From Candidatus Tayloriibacteriota bacterium (GTDB lineage: Bacteria > Patescibacteriota > Minisyncoccia > Phycocordibacterales > UBA10002): a stretch of 64,000 nt of DNA. Shown here piece by piece: positions 8,985-18,326 of the stretch (positions are counted from its first letter, which is position 1; the number at the start of each line of letters is the position of its first letter). A program made the translations under genes and the position numbers. The notes under the pieces were generated by a model. That model ran no database searches and was not told the origin of the DNA. It saw only the letters and a list, made by a program, of their open reading frames with translations. The stretch covers positions 63 to 64,062 of the forward strand of contig SIBZ01000001.1 of assembly GCA_009694955.1 (NCBI GenBank), in the 5' to 3' direction.

Positions 8985-9434
8985 ATGGATACAGTGCGTG
9001 TTATGAAACTATTTCTACCCTCCCGGCGGCACTTCTGTGTCCGAGGTTTCTCTGTGCTAGGAATACTGCTTTTGTTGGTCAGTGTGTCAGCGCCTCTTCC
9101 TGTTTTGGCACAGGTGTCATTCGGCGGGCGAGTTACTTTTCAAGACCCCATCTGCCAAGGGCCACCATTCGTGCCGGTTGCCATGGAGTTTATCATTGCG
9201 CAACCACTACCTGAGGGAACTGGCGCGATACCCGTCCCGCTTATGTGGCCGCTTGGCCTTGTCACCTTTCAAAATGGACCACCAACGCACATCGGGCAAA
9301 ACATACTTGGAAAATGGTGGGGGTGGTTCCCTTGCATTCTCTGGATTTGGGTTCCCTGTGGGCTTTCAGTCTGTCCGTACCCCATCATTAAAGGCGGGGG
9401 CGGTATCATTATCTACAACGGTTCAGGCCTCTAG
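8985..9434 (+). CDS. Hypothetical small secreted or membrane protein (low confidence; the start may be the ATG at 9003)
   Basis: The ORF has a signal-like N-terminus (MKLFLPSRRHFCVRGFSVLGILLLLVSVSAPLPVLAQV) and is preceded by an extended -10 (tgttacaat, about 8970). It overlaps the rsmA 3' end convergently by 25 nt. Confidence 0.3.
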   Translation: MDTVRVMKLFLPSRRHFCVRGFSVLGILLLLVSVSAPLPVLAQVSFGGRVTFQDPICQGPPFVPVAMEFIIAQPLPEGTGAIPVPLMWPLGLVTFQNGPPTHIGQNILGKWWGWFPCILWIWVPCGLSVCPYPIIKGGGGIIIYNGSGL

Positions 9435-10185
9435 CAAGTGCAAACCATTGTTCGCAAGAGACATTTTCCGCCCGCGCGGTTGCGGAGATGTCGCATTGAA
9501 TGAGTGTTTCTCTCGTCACGCGCAGATTCGAGGAAAGCAGTTTCCGCGGATGTGAGAAGCCTTTTTTGAGTGTTTCAAAAAAAATCTGCTCGCTGATACC
9601 CTCAAAAAAATTCTTCGATATCCCCTCTATCGCGATAATCCCCGAATCTACTTTCGGAGGAGGAGAAAAGGACCCCGCTTTCACGGTGTCGATGTATCTG
9701 GGCGCGCCGTACGCTTTGACGCTTATCGAGAGGATGCTCTCTTTCTTGTCGCTTGCGACTATTCTCTTCGCCACCTCTTTTTGCAAAAGTAGCACCATTG
9801 CCGAGGGCTGTCTTTCCGATTCCAAGAATTTTCGTATCAGAGCCCCTGTAATGTAATACGGTATGTTTGCAACGACTTTATAGGAAGGAGTCAGTAGTAA
9901 GTAGTTAGTAGGAGAAAGGGTAAGGATATCGGCGTGAATAAGGCGCAGTTTCCCCTCGGCGATTTCTCTCGCGAATTTTTGTGTGAGTACCGGTATAAGC
10001 CGGTCGTCTTTCTCAACCGCGACAACCTTCCCTGCCAGTGCAAGCAGAAGCGCGGTGAGCACACCTTCTCCAGGGCCGACCTCGAGCACGGTATCTTCAG
10101 GCGAAAGACGGCCCGCTTCGGCGATTTTGTGAAGTGCGCTTGCGGAGCGGAGAAAATGTTGACCTAGTGATTTCTTTTTGAACAT
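9409..10185 (-). CDS. rsmA: 16S rRNA (adenine1518/1519-N6)-dimethyltransferase RsmA/KsgA
   Basis: Contains the hallmark SLGQHFL N-terminal motif, the SAM-binding segment VLEVGPGEGVLT and a 258-aa length. Confidence 0.9.
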   Translation of the reverse strand: MFKKKSLGQHFLRSASALHKIAEAGRLSPEDTVLEVGPGEGVLTALLLALAGKVVAVEKDDRLIPVLTQKFAREIAEGKLRLIHADILTLSPTNYLLLTPSYKVVANIPYYITGALIRKFLESERQPSAMVLLLQKEVAKRIVASDKKESILSISVKAYGAPRYIDTVKAGSFSPPPKVDSGIIAIEGISKNFFEGISEQIFFETLKKGFSHPRKLLSSNLRVTRETLIQCDISATARAENVSCEQWFALARGLNRCR

Positions 10186-10244
10186 AGGTGAGATGGTACT
10201 CCTCTGGAAAGCGTTTTGGAATCAGAGTATTATTACCGAATATG

Positions 10245-10997
10245 GCTTCTAAGCATATACAAAGTCCACAGCCTGGGTTTTTGGATAATCCAGAAAGCCG
10301 TCTCTCGCTCCGAATCAATAAGGTGCTCGCACTCGTTACGATATTGTCTATACTCGGCTTTGTACTTGAAACCGTTCCTTCGCTCGCATCTTACCACACC
10401 ATTTTCGCCGTAGTTGAATACACCGTGGCCGCGATTTTCACGGTCGAATACGTTATACGACTTGTGACGGAACAAAAACGCTGGAACTATATCTTCAGTT
10501 TCTACGGTCTCGTGGATATTGCCGCCATTCTGCCGACCTATTTGGGACTTGGCAATCTTACTCCGCTGAAAGCGGCGCGAGCAATTCGGATTCTTCGCTT
10601 TCTGCGACTCTTGCGACTCTTAAAGATAACACGCATGCATGGGATGCGTCAGCATACGGACGTTGATAGCGTCTACAAGCTCAACATCCAGATTTATTTG
10701 GTCGCGGTCTTTACATCTCTCGTCATGTTGGGGAGCGCCCTATATCTCTCCGAGCGCACCCAGTCTGCGTTCGCATCTATTCCCGCAAGTATGTTCTGGG
10801 TAACGCACATCATTCTCGGTGGCGAACCGTTCGCTTCGCCGCAGACCGGATTCGGCATGGGGGTTGAACTCCTCGTGCGTTTCGTCGGCCTTATCCTCTT
10901 TGGCTTCTTGATTCACATCGTCGGTTCTTTCGTCAACAGCGTGCTTCTCGGAACAAAAGTAGACAAAAGTTCATCTGTTCGAGGAGAAGAGGCATAA
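10245..10997 (+). CDS. Voltage-sensor-containing ion-channel family protein (Ion_trans-like); selectivity unknown
   Basis: It has a classical S4 segment with Arg at every third position (AARAIRILRFLRLLRLLKITRMHGMR), flanking TM helices and a pore-like re-entrant segment. No TVGYG K+ filter is present. The ORF track starts it at 10188; I prefer the Met at 10245 (MASKHIQ). Confidence 0.55.
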   Translation, partial: ASKHIQSPQPGFLDNPESRLSLRINKVLALVTILSILGFVLETVPSLASYHTIFAVVEYTVAAIFTVEYVIRLVTEQKRWNYIFSFYGLVDIAAILPTYLGLGNLTPLKAARAIRILRFLRLLRLLKITRMHGMRQHTDVDSVYKLNIQIYLVAVFTSLVMLGSALYLSERTQSAFASIPASMFWVTHIILGGEPFASPQTGFGMGVELLVRFVGLILFGFLIHIVGSFVNSVLLGTKVDKSSSVRGEEA

Positions 10998-11004
10998 CCG
11001 AGAA

Positions 11005-12996
11005 CTACTCAAAAAAGATTATCTTCCCTCCTCCTTCCAGATAATTCTCCGCCTGCAGAAACTCCTCATCAATGTCAAAAATAAACTCGGACGGAACGGT
11101 GACTTGCCGAGAGCCAAAGATGGTACGCACTCCCGCGTACGAGAGAAATACTTTTTTCTTCGCCCGCGTGACTGCCACGTAGAACAGTCGGCGCTCTTCT
11201 TCAGAGGAGTCTTCGTTCTTTGTTTCGTTCATACGCTCGTGCGGGAACAGTCCCTCTTCAAGGCCGGCAATAAATACGTACTCAAATTCAAGCCCTTTTG
11301 ACGCATGCACCGTCATCAGGCGTACTGCCGGTTTTTCGTCTTTCAGCTCATCTTGGTCGCTCTGGAGAGCGACATCGGACAGGAATGCATCCACAGCGGA
11401 CAGGCGGTCCGTTTTCGCGTCATACCTCGTCGCAAACGTGACCAGTTCCTTGATGTTTTCGAGACGCTCTTCGTCTTCGGAACCTCCCTTTTTCAATTCC
11501 GCTTCAATTCCACTCGTACTTACAATCCATTTGATGGCCTCGGAAAGTGGGAGACTCGAGAGCTTCTGCCGGAGCTCGAGGAGGAGTTTCTTAAACGCGG
11601 AGAATTTCTCGCGCATCGCCGGCGGGAGCTCCCCTTCCTTCCCCGCGAATATTTTAAGAAGCGTCACTTTGCCGATACCGCGCGCCGGCACATTGATAAT
11701 CCTCCGAAGGTCGCCGATACTTTCCGGATTTTCGGCTGCGCGGACATAGGAGAGCACGTCCTTGACCTCTCTGCGTTCGAAAAACCGCACGCCAAGCACT
11801 TGATAGGACACTTCTTCGCGAAGAAACGCTTCTTCAAGTACCCGGCTCTGGAAATTTGCGCGGAAAAGTACCGCGATTTCAGCGGGAGAAACCCCTTCCC
11901 CGATAAGCTGTTTGGAGCGCTGTGCGATGAACGACGCTTCTTGGACTTCATCATAACCGGTAAAGAGTCCCACTTTCTCGCCTTCGCCGTTTTTGGTGAA
12001 CAGTGTCTTCTCCCTGCGCATCTTGTTTTTCTCAATGATGCGGTTGGCGACAGTGAGAATGGTTTGTGTCGAGCGGTAATTTTCTTCAAGCAACACTATT
12101 TTCGAATTCGGATAATCCTTCTCGAAATTAAGAATGTTCTTGATGCTTGCTCCGCGCCAGCTGTAAATATTTTGGTCAATATCCCCCACAACCGCGATAT
12201 TTTTGTGTGCTTCGGCGAGGAGCTTCGTAAGCATATACTGCACATGGTTCGTGTCCTGATACTCGTCAATGTGGATGTAGCGCCACAGTTTTTGGTAGTG
12301 TGCGCGGACGGCACCTTCCTTTTCGAGAAGAATGGCGGTTTTGAGTAAGAGGTCGTCAAAGTCGAGCGCCTTCTCCTTTTTCAGGAACGCTTCATATTTT
12401 TCCCACACCTCCCCGACTATCTGAGGATAGTATTCCCCCTCCGAACGCTCCTTAAACTTCGCGAGTTCGACCATCTTCCCTTTCTCCCTGCTGATTGCTC
12501 CAAGGATTTTTCCTGGCTCGAACTGCTTCGGGTCAAGGTCGGTTTCTTTGAGCGCCTCTTTGACGGCACTTATGGAGTCGCTTCGGTCAAAAATGGTAAA
12601 ACGCTTTGAAAGGCCGAGACGTTCGCTGTTTTCCCGCAGGATGTGTACGCCAAGAGAATGAAAAGTGCCGAGCCATGGGTATGTCGGAAGGACTGGGTGG
12701 TCCGGAGAAAGGGAACGGTCACTCGCCACGAGAGCGTGCACCCGCTCGCGCATTTCTTTTGCCGCTTTATTGGTGAAGGTAATGGCGAGAATGGATTCTG
12801 GAGGAACCCCTTTCTTAATGAGATGCAAAATCCGGTGCGTAATGACACGCGTCTTCCCCGCTCCGGCACCCGCGACGATAAGTAAGGGGCCTTCGGTGTG
12901 CTCAACAGCCTCCTTTTGTCGGGAATTGAGTCCGTGTAGATACTCCATCCCGTTAGAAGCAGGACACGGACACACGATATTGTCCGCATTCACCAC
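11005..12996 (-). CDS. pcrA: ATP-dependent DNA helicase, UvrD/PcrA/Rep family
   Basis: Carries the N-terminal LNSRQKEAVEHTEGPLLIVAGAGAGKTRVITHRILHLI Walker A motif and helicase motifs throughout; 663 aa. Confidence 0.9.
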   Translation of the reverse strand: MVNADNIVCPCPASNGMEYLHGLNSRQKEAVEHTEGPLLIVAGAGAGKTRVITHRILHLIKKGVPPESILAITFTNKAAKEMRERVHALVASDRSLSPDHPVLPTYPWLGTFHSLGVHILRENSERLGLSKRFTIFDRSDSISAVKEALKETDLDPKQFEPGKILGAISREKGKMVELAKFKERSEGEYYPQIVGEVWEKYEAFLKKEKALDFDDLLLKTAILLEKEGAVRAHYQKLWRYIHIDEYQDTNHVQYMLTKLLAEAHKNIAVVGDIDQNIYSWRGASIKNILNFEKDYPNSKIVLLEENYRSTQTILTVANRIIEKNKMRREKTLFTKNGEGEKVGLFTGYDEVQEASFIAQRSKQLIGEGVSPAEIAVLFRANFQSRVLEEAFLREEVSYQVLGVRFFERREVKDVLSYVRAAENPESIGDLRRIINVPARGIGKVTLLKIFAGKEGELPPAMREKFSAFKKLLLELRQKLSSLPLSEAIKWIVSTSGIEAELKKGGSEDEERLENIKELVTFATRYDAKTDRLSAVDAFLSDVALQSDQDELKDEKPAVRLMTVHASKGLEFEYVFIAGLEEGLFPHERMNETKNEDSSEEERRLFYVAVTRAKKKVFLSYAGVRTIFGSRQVTVPSEFIFDIDEEFLQAENYLEGGGKIIFFE

Positions 12997-13097
12997 TTAG
13001 TATATTACTGACTAATATTTTCATATGCTCGCTCTTTTTGTGTACGTGTCCGCGACTTCTAACGGGACCATAGCGTGAACACTATAGCACGCATGAA

Positions 13098-13201
13098 GCA
13101 GTAAGTAGAAAGTAGTATGTAGTAAGTAGAAAGTAGTATGTAGTAAGTAGATTACAATTTAAATCCCGTTTTTTAGTCTTCACTACGTACTACTTTCTAC
13201 G
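13098..13201. repeat. A 21-bp tandem repeat (gtagtaagtagaaagtagtat, about 2.5 copies) followed by an inverted partial copy (cactacgtactactttctac); it can form a long imperfect hairpin
   Basis: Read directly from the sequence in the 694-bp divergent intergenic region between pcrA and the M23 peptidase gene. Confidence 0.7.
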
Positions 13202-13689
13202 AGCCACATACTGCTTTTGGGTTGCCCCACTTGTTTGATCGACCCCGTTAGAAGTCTGTAAGAATCTCCTCTTGCTTTTCAGCAAGGACCCTCACATTTT
13301 TATAGTAGATTTTGATTTTTCCGTTATCCACAGTGACTTCTAACGAGGTTGACTTTCGAGGGTTTTTCAGCTACTGTTAAAGGGTCCTGGAAGACTGGGA
13401 GACAGACGAAAATGGCCTAGCAAGGCCGTTTTTAACGGAAGGCACGACAGTGACGATAACCGAGAGCAGAGCTTTGTAAGCAATCTAACCAGTGCCTATA
13501 CCATAATCACGGAAACCCATGTAACACCTCGTCGGGTTTCTGTCATTTTGATAGCACGTTTGATTTCTCAGGAGTTCTCCTTTCGGCCTTTCTTTTATAA
13601 CGATACACACTCACAACTCACACTCCAGAACCTCCTTCTCCCGCCGAGTCGTTGTTAAAACGGCCAAGTACAGCGCTCATACTATAGCG

Positions 13690-14679
13690 TTGCTTTTGGT
13701 GTTCTCTTTCTTTTTGGCACCTATCGAAGCACACGCGGGCGTCTTTTCGTTTGTCGCCGGCCTGTTCACCGAAGAAGCCAAAGCGGAAAACACCTCCTCC
13801 CCCGTCAACTCCCAGAATGTCGGACTGCTTGAAGCTGTTCGCAATCCCGACCCTAATGCCGCAAAAGGCGGGGGTGATATTACCGTTGTCGGGGGTGTGG
13901 CGCTTCTTGCGGAAGCTGGTCCCGAAGGCACGCTCGCCAACATCGAAGAAAACCAGAGTTCCGCCATCAGTTTGTACATCGTGCGCGAGGGCGACACGCT
14001 GGGGGCTATCGCCAAGATGTTCGGCGTTACTACGAATACGATTGCGTGGGCAAACGACATTTCACGAGGCGTCATCCGTCCAGGACAGACGCTTATAATT
14101 TTGCCTATTTCCGGAGTCCGGCACACGGTAGCCAAAGGCGACACCATTCAAAGTATCGCCAAGAAGTACAAAGCAGATGTGACCGAGGTTGCGCAGTATA
14201 ACCATCTCACCGAGAGTGCAAAACTTGCTATTGGGGATATTGTGCTTGTGCCGGATGGTGAAATCGCCGCTCCCCCCACTGCGAGCGCGGCAGGACGGCC
14301 AGCGACACTCCACGGTACCAACGGACCGAATCTCGAAGGATACTACCTGCGTCCTCTTATCGGCGGACGCAAGTCGCAGGGTTTGCACGGATACAACGGT
14401 GTTGACCTCGCGAGCTATATGGGTGCCCCGGTTCTCGCCGCGGCGGCGGGTGATGTTATTATCGCTCGTTCATCAGGGTGGAACGGCGGGTACGGAAACT
14501 ATATTGTTATTGCTCACCCGAACGGAACACAAACACTCTACGGCCACCTTTCAGCGCTCGCTGTTACTCCAGGCAAGACCGTTGCGCGCGGGGAAATCAT
14601 CGGCTATCTCGGCAACACGGGGCGTTCGACCGGTCCGCATCTCCACTTTGAAGTTCGCGGAGCTAAGAATCCATTCTGA
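13690..14679 (+). CDS. Secreted peptidoglycan endopeptidase, M23 family, with two LysM domains
   Basis: Signal peptide, two LysM motifs (YIVREGDTLGAIAKMFGV...; HTVAKGDTIQSIAKKYKADV...) and an M23 core (...GYNGVDLASYMGAPVLAAAAGDVI...HLHFEVR). Confidence 0.9.
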   Translation: MLLVFSFFLAPIEAHAGVFSFVAGLFTEEAKAENTSSPVNSQNVGLLEAVRNPDPNAAKGGGDITVVGGVALLAEAGPEGTLANIEENQSSAISLYIVREGDTLGAIAKMFGVTTNTIAWANDISRGVIRPGQTLIILPISGVRHTVAKGDTIQSIAKKYKADVTEVAQYNHLTESAKLAIGDIVLVPDGEIAAPPTASAAGRPATLHGTNGPNLEGYYLRPLIGGRKSQGLHGYNGVDLASYMGAPVLAAAAGDVIIARSSGWNGGYGNYIVIAHPNGTQTLYGHLSALAVTPGKTVARGEIIGYLGNTGRSTGPHLHFEVRGAKNPF

Positions 14680-14715
14680 AAAATAAGTAGTTAGCAGAAT
14701 GTAGTACGTAGAAAG

Positions 14716-14746
14716 AAAAACCGCGGAAACGCGGTTTTTTTGTTTT
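14716..14746 (+). terminator. Rho-independent terminator of the M23 peptidase gene
   Basis: aaaaaccgcggaaacgcggtttttttgtttt: a GC stem followed by a T-run. Confidence 0.8.
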
Positions 14747-14788
14747 CTTGACTCATACAGCCATTTCATTATAGCTCCGTCAGAACTC

Positions 14789-15304
14789 ATGTCCGGAAAC
14801 ATTAGTCTTTCGGAGGAAGGAATGATGAAGATAAGTCGTATATGCGGTGGATGCACAGCGTGCTGTAAAACTCACGCTATCGCCGAGCTTCAAAAGCCAG
14901 AAGGCACAGTATGTTCGCACTGTACCGTGGGTACGGGCTGCCGGATATACGCGTCACGTCCCAAATCGTGCAGGACATTTCAGTGCGCGTGGCTCATGGG
15001 CTTTGGTCTTTCAGAGTATCGCCCAGACATGACCGGTATCGTTCCCGATTTTCAACAAACCGCGAAGTTTGGTTTAGTGTTGTGTCTGTGGGAGACGAAT
15101 GAGGATGCGCTGAGCACTGCGTTTGCGATTCGACAGACAAGACTCAATTTTGAACTCGGCAAGCCCGTTCTCCACGTACCGATTCTTGGTACCCCCAAGT
15201 TCTATCTTCCAAGAGGAAAACGAAGGTCTGATGGTTCCATTATTCTTGATGGAACTAAGGTCAAGCTCGTTGAGGTAGTGGAGTTTGTTGAAGGAAGATT
15301 CTAA
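14789..15304 (+). CDS. YkgJ-family (CxxCxxCC) putative zinc/iron-chelating protein
   Basis: Carries the CGGCTACCK motif plus additional Cys/His residues. The probable true start is MMKISR at 14822. Confidence 0.5.
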   Translation: MSGNISLSEEGMMKISRICGGCTACCKTHAIAELQKPEGTVCSHCTVGTGCRIYASRPKSCRTFQCAWLMGFGLSEYRPDMTGIVPDFQQTAKFGLVLCLWETNEDALSTAFAIRQTRLNFELGKPVLHVPILGTPKFYLPRGKRRSDGSIILDGTKVKLVEVVEFVEGRF

Positions 15305-15394
15305 GCCGCCTAGTAACTCTTTGTGAATGGCGGTTTTTTTGTACATAAATCGAGGTCCGCGCACTCCGCAGACCTCGCACAGCACTGTTTCAGT

Positions 15395-15904
15395 TTAATT
15401 GCCGACTCGTCCGAGCCAGCTTGCTCTCCCTGCACGGGCGAGGTCGGTGAGCATAAAGCAAATGGCGTTTCGAACGATGTCCGCTGCCCGCCCATCTTCT
15501 TTGTGTCCGTTTCTCCGTTCAAAACTCTCATCAACCCGAGGTATTTTCCTCTTTCCGGCGACCCGGGGCGGAGTGTAGTCGAGCCGGTAGACGCAAATCC
15601 TATGTTTCCCTCTGTGGACCAGGAAATGGCACAGCTCTTTTTCTTTCGGCAGAGTGAAACCGCGCTTTACTTTGACGCGGACTTCGCGCAGGGTGAATGT
15701 GGTTGCGCCGATGTGCAGACGCCTCTTTTTCAGTAGTTTTGAGGGTGGTCCGGAAAGGCCGATGCGAATCTCAATTCTCGGTTTCTTCACTGGCTTATCC
15801 CTTGGTTGAGGGTGGAACTGTTGTTTGGAACCATCATACGCCTTTCGTTGCAAAGGGTAAAACAGAGAGAGGTGCTTATCCGTGTCGAGTTTGACTTGTT
15901 TCAA
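15395..15904 (-). pseudogene. Degenerate remnant resembling the C-terminal (RuvC-III/Zn-finger) region of an IS200/IS605 TnpB (OrfB). It is very basic, too short to be a functional TnpB, and lacks the Cys ligands.
   Basis: The 169-aa ORF ...ELCHFLVHRGKHRICVYRLDYTPPRVAGKRKIP...DGRAADIVRNAICFMLTDLARAG aligns loosely to the TnpB tail (…RQLEYKAEWYG..LVKVD…CSNCG…DRDINAAINIL…), but the zinc-finger cysteines are not conserved. Confidence 0.3.
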
Positions 15905-15957
15905 CTTTTATGTCAGTGTTCTCGCAAACGAACAGTTCACCCAAAATAAATTAGACT

Positions 15958-16593
15958 ATGAATGATATCTCCCTCTTCTCGCAGTTCTGGAACATTGCGG
16001 TCCTCCACATCGGAGTAGTCATGTGGCCCGGACCCAATCTCACTTTGGTGGCAAAAAATAGCGTCACTCTACAGCTTCGGTTCGCTCTCTACTGCACGCT
16101 CGGAATCGCAATCGGAACCATTGCTCATGTGAGTCTGGCTCTTGTGGGAGTCAGCGGAATCGTCGCAGCTTCACCGGTTATGTATAGGGTTCTTCAGGTT
16201 ATCGGTGCTGGCTATCTCATCTATGTAGGCACGAAAGCGATTAGAGCAATGCCCTACCGGTTGGAAGAGGAGGTCGGGGCTGCTAAGCAAACACGCACGG
16301 CCCATGGCGCCTTCAGGGAGGGTTTCACCAACCAGATGACGAATCCAAAATCATACTTCTTTTTCTTCACCCTCTTCACCCAGGTGGTGGGGGAAACTCC
16401 CGTCGGCATAAAAGTGCTCTACGGTCTATGGATGGCGACCATAACGTTTCTGTGGTTCGCTTTTGTGACCGTCACGCTTTCGAATCCGCTAGTGAAGAAG
16501 AGATTCAGTGCGAGCATTCACTATGTGGCGCGAGCGGCCGGAGTGTTCCTGATTGGTTTTGGGATATGGATACTCCGCTCGGCCTTTCGGTAG
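15958..16593 (+). CDS. LysE/RhtB-family amino-acid exporter
   Basis: Six-TM profile with the N-terminal pattern ...GPNLTLVAKNSVT... typical of LysE-type translocators; 211 aa. Confidence 0.7.
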   Translation: MNDISLFSQFWNIAVLHIGVVMWPGPNLTLVAKNSVTLQLRFALYCTLGIAIGTIAHVSLALVGVSGIVAASPVMYRVLQVIGAGYLIYVGTKAIRAMPYRLEEEVGAAKQTRTAHGAFREGFTNQMTNPKSYFFFFTLFTQVVGETPVGIKVLYGLWMATITFLWFAFVTVTLSNPLVKKRFSASIHYVARAAGVFLIGFGIWILRSAFR

Positions 16594-16684
16594 CCGGACG
16601 TCATTCAAACCCCGGCACTCTCAGCCGCCCCGATGGTACATTGGGGCGGTTTTTCTTATCCATATTCCAAGTGCTCATTACTAG

Positions 16685-16948
16685 CTACGAGTTCTGCAGC
16701 TGCTTCGGACGATACTGTAGGGCTTCCATGAGGTCACCGGTGGTGATCTCATCATGACCCTCCAGATCAGCAACGGTACGTGCGAGTTTGATGAGTCGGT
16801 GATAGGATCGGGCCGAGAGGTCCAGCTTCTTCGCGGAGAGGTTGAGCGCCGCTTTCACCTCATCGGAGAGCGGAAACTCCGTGTCGGCGATTATCGCGTC
16901 ATTTTCAAGATAACGGGTACAGAAGTACGTGTACTCATCATCGGCCAT
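16685..16948 (-). pseudogene. Stand-alone paralogous fragment of the ComM/YifB C-terminal domain (87 aa); either a gene fragment or a domesticated small protein
   Basis: The ORF ends ...LSDEVKAALNLSAKKLDLSARSYHRLIKLARTVADLEGHDEITTGDLMEALQYRPKQLQNS. That matches the C-terminus of the full ComM at 19291..20865 (…LSDDVKKALNLAAKKHDLSARSYHRLIKLARTVADLEGHDDVTTDDLMEALQYRPKQLTNS). The DNA is diverged by roughly 30%. Confidence 0.5.
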
Positions 16949-16998
16949 CGGCGGGATGTCTATACTTTTTTGGATAAGCGGATGTAACGCATTATCGG

Positions 16999-17826
16999 TT
17001 AGAATTTTTCACCGAAGAATTGTTCAAATTTTCTGCGGAGCTGAGCTGCTTTTCTTGTATGGTGCTCAAGCGTTATCTTGGCCGGTTTTGAATCGGTGAA
17101 GAGGGTGATTGCTTTTTGTATAAGTGTTGGGCTGAACGAGGAAGTGGTGCGATACAGCTCCTCGATCTGTTCTAGCGTAGTCGGATGTAAAGTGACGGTC
17201 AGAACATAGTCGCCGATGATATTTTTGTACGCAGTATTTTTCCCATGAAAAGGGCTTTTGCCGAAGGAGTACGTAACCGTTTCTTTCGATAAGAACGAAG
17301 TAGCCGCCCAAGTATCGAGAAAGGATTTGCTTCCGATGATCACATAGAGTTTCCTCCCTGCTTGCGAGAGCGCATTGATATATTGTTTCTCCTGTTTCGT
17401 TTGAACCAAGTGGAACCACAAGTGCGGGTTCCAGCCGAGCAGCTTTTTCCGATCCGGTCCGGAAGAGAGGATGAGAAGCAGATGGGACCACAGCTCATTA
17501 AGACGCAGGAGATTCGTGAATTTCCACGAGCGCTTCTGCCCGCGGTCGGGGATAAGGTGTTCGTGTGTCGCATCCAGGTACATTTTTGACAGAGAATCGG
17601 TAAACGAAAAGAGCGAGAGCACCCAGGCCATCTGCAGGCTGTACTGTTTTTTGAATTTTACAAGTGCACCCTCTCTTTGCAGTGCCCGCAATGCTTTATA
17701 CACTCCCTGAATACTCGGGGGTTTCCTGCCAAGATGCATGCGGATCTCCCCTGCGATAAGTGGGGTCTTTTCACCGAGGAGGCGGATTATCCGCTCTTCA
17801 AGTTGTTCTTTAGTTCCGAAAAGCAT
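16999..17826 (-). CDS. Hypothetical protein with an N-terminal winged-helix-like DNA-binding domain
   Basis: 275-aa ORF. The N-terminus (LLGEKTPLIAGEIRMHLGRKPPSIQGVYKALRALQREGALV) looks like a wHTH. There are no other recognisable motifs. Confidence 0.45.
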   Translation of the reverse strand: MLFGTKEQLEERIIRLLGEKTPLIAGEIRMHLGRKPPSIQGVYKALRALQREGALVKFKKQYSLQMAWVLSLFSFTDSLSKMYLDATHEHLIPDRGQKRSWKFTNLLRLNELWSHLLLILSSGPDRKKLLGWNPHLWFHLVQTKQEKQYINALSQAGRKLYVIIGSKSFLDTWAATSFLSKETVTYSFGKSPFHGKNTAYKNIIGDYVLTVTLHPTTLEQIEELYRTTSSFSPTLIQKAITLFTDSKPAKITLEHHTRKAAQLRRKFEQFFGEKF

Positions 17827-17855
17827 GCCTGTATTTTAAACCTTTAGTTTAAAAT

Positions 17856-18287
17856 ATGCAATTTAAGGCCTATTTAGTGGTCATAGATTGTACTACGTGG
17901 TGTACTATACGCAGCAAGCACATTGTCGTGATTGCTAGAAAGGCAAATCTTATGAAAGTTTCCGCTTGTGTCGGTACAACGGTTTCCCGCCTTGCTCCCG
18001 TGGAAGGGCTTCAGTGTTTGCGGGTCGAGGTGGCTCCCCATGGGGAAATTCCTCTCCATCGGCACGACTGTGCCGCGACCATGATAGTGATCGCTGGAAC
18101 GGCTCGAAAGCTTCTGGCAAGTGGTAGGCCGGGCAGGATGGTGAGGGCCGGGGAGGTTGTCGTCAAGCAACCGAGAGAACTTCACGGTTTTGTTGACATC
18201 GGCCCCGAAGGATTTAAGTTTATCTCCCTTTCTTCGGGAGAAGGCATTGTTAAGGGCGAAAGTACATGGGACATAGAGTTCGCCTAA
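17856..18287 (+). CDS. Cupin-domain protein
   Basis: ...GEIPLHRHDCAATMIVIAGTARKLLASGRPGRMVRAGEVVV... is a cupin beta-barrel motif. The probable start is the Met at 17952. Confidence 0.5.
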   Translation: MQFKAYLVVIDCTTWCTIRSKHIVVIARKANLMKVSACVGTTVSRLAPVEGLQCLRVEVAPHGEIPLHRHDCAATMIVIAGTARKLLASGRPGRMVRAGEVVVKQPRELHGFVDIGPEGFKFISLSSGEGIVKGESTWDIEFA

Positions 18288-18326
18288 CGTCAGAGGGTTC
18301 AGCGCTTACGCACTGAACCCTACTTC

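Noticed and set aside
11305-12348. 347-aa plus-strand ORF
   Set aside because: It is entirely antisense to the well-supported pcrA/uvrD helicase gene and has a low-complexity composition; an ORF-finder artefact.
13098-13150. CRISPR-like array
   Set aside because: It has only ~2.5 direct copies of a 21-mer with no spacers, plus an inverted copy. It is a simple tandem/inverted repeat.
15395-15904. Functional TnpB / RNA-guided nuclease
   Set aside because: It has only ~169 aa, with no RuvC-I/II region and no zinc-finger cysteines. At most it is a remnant.
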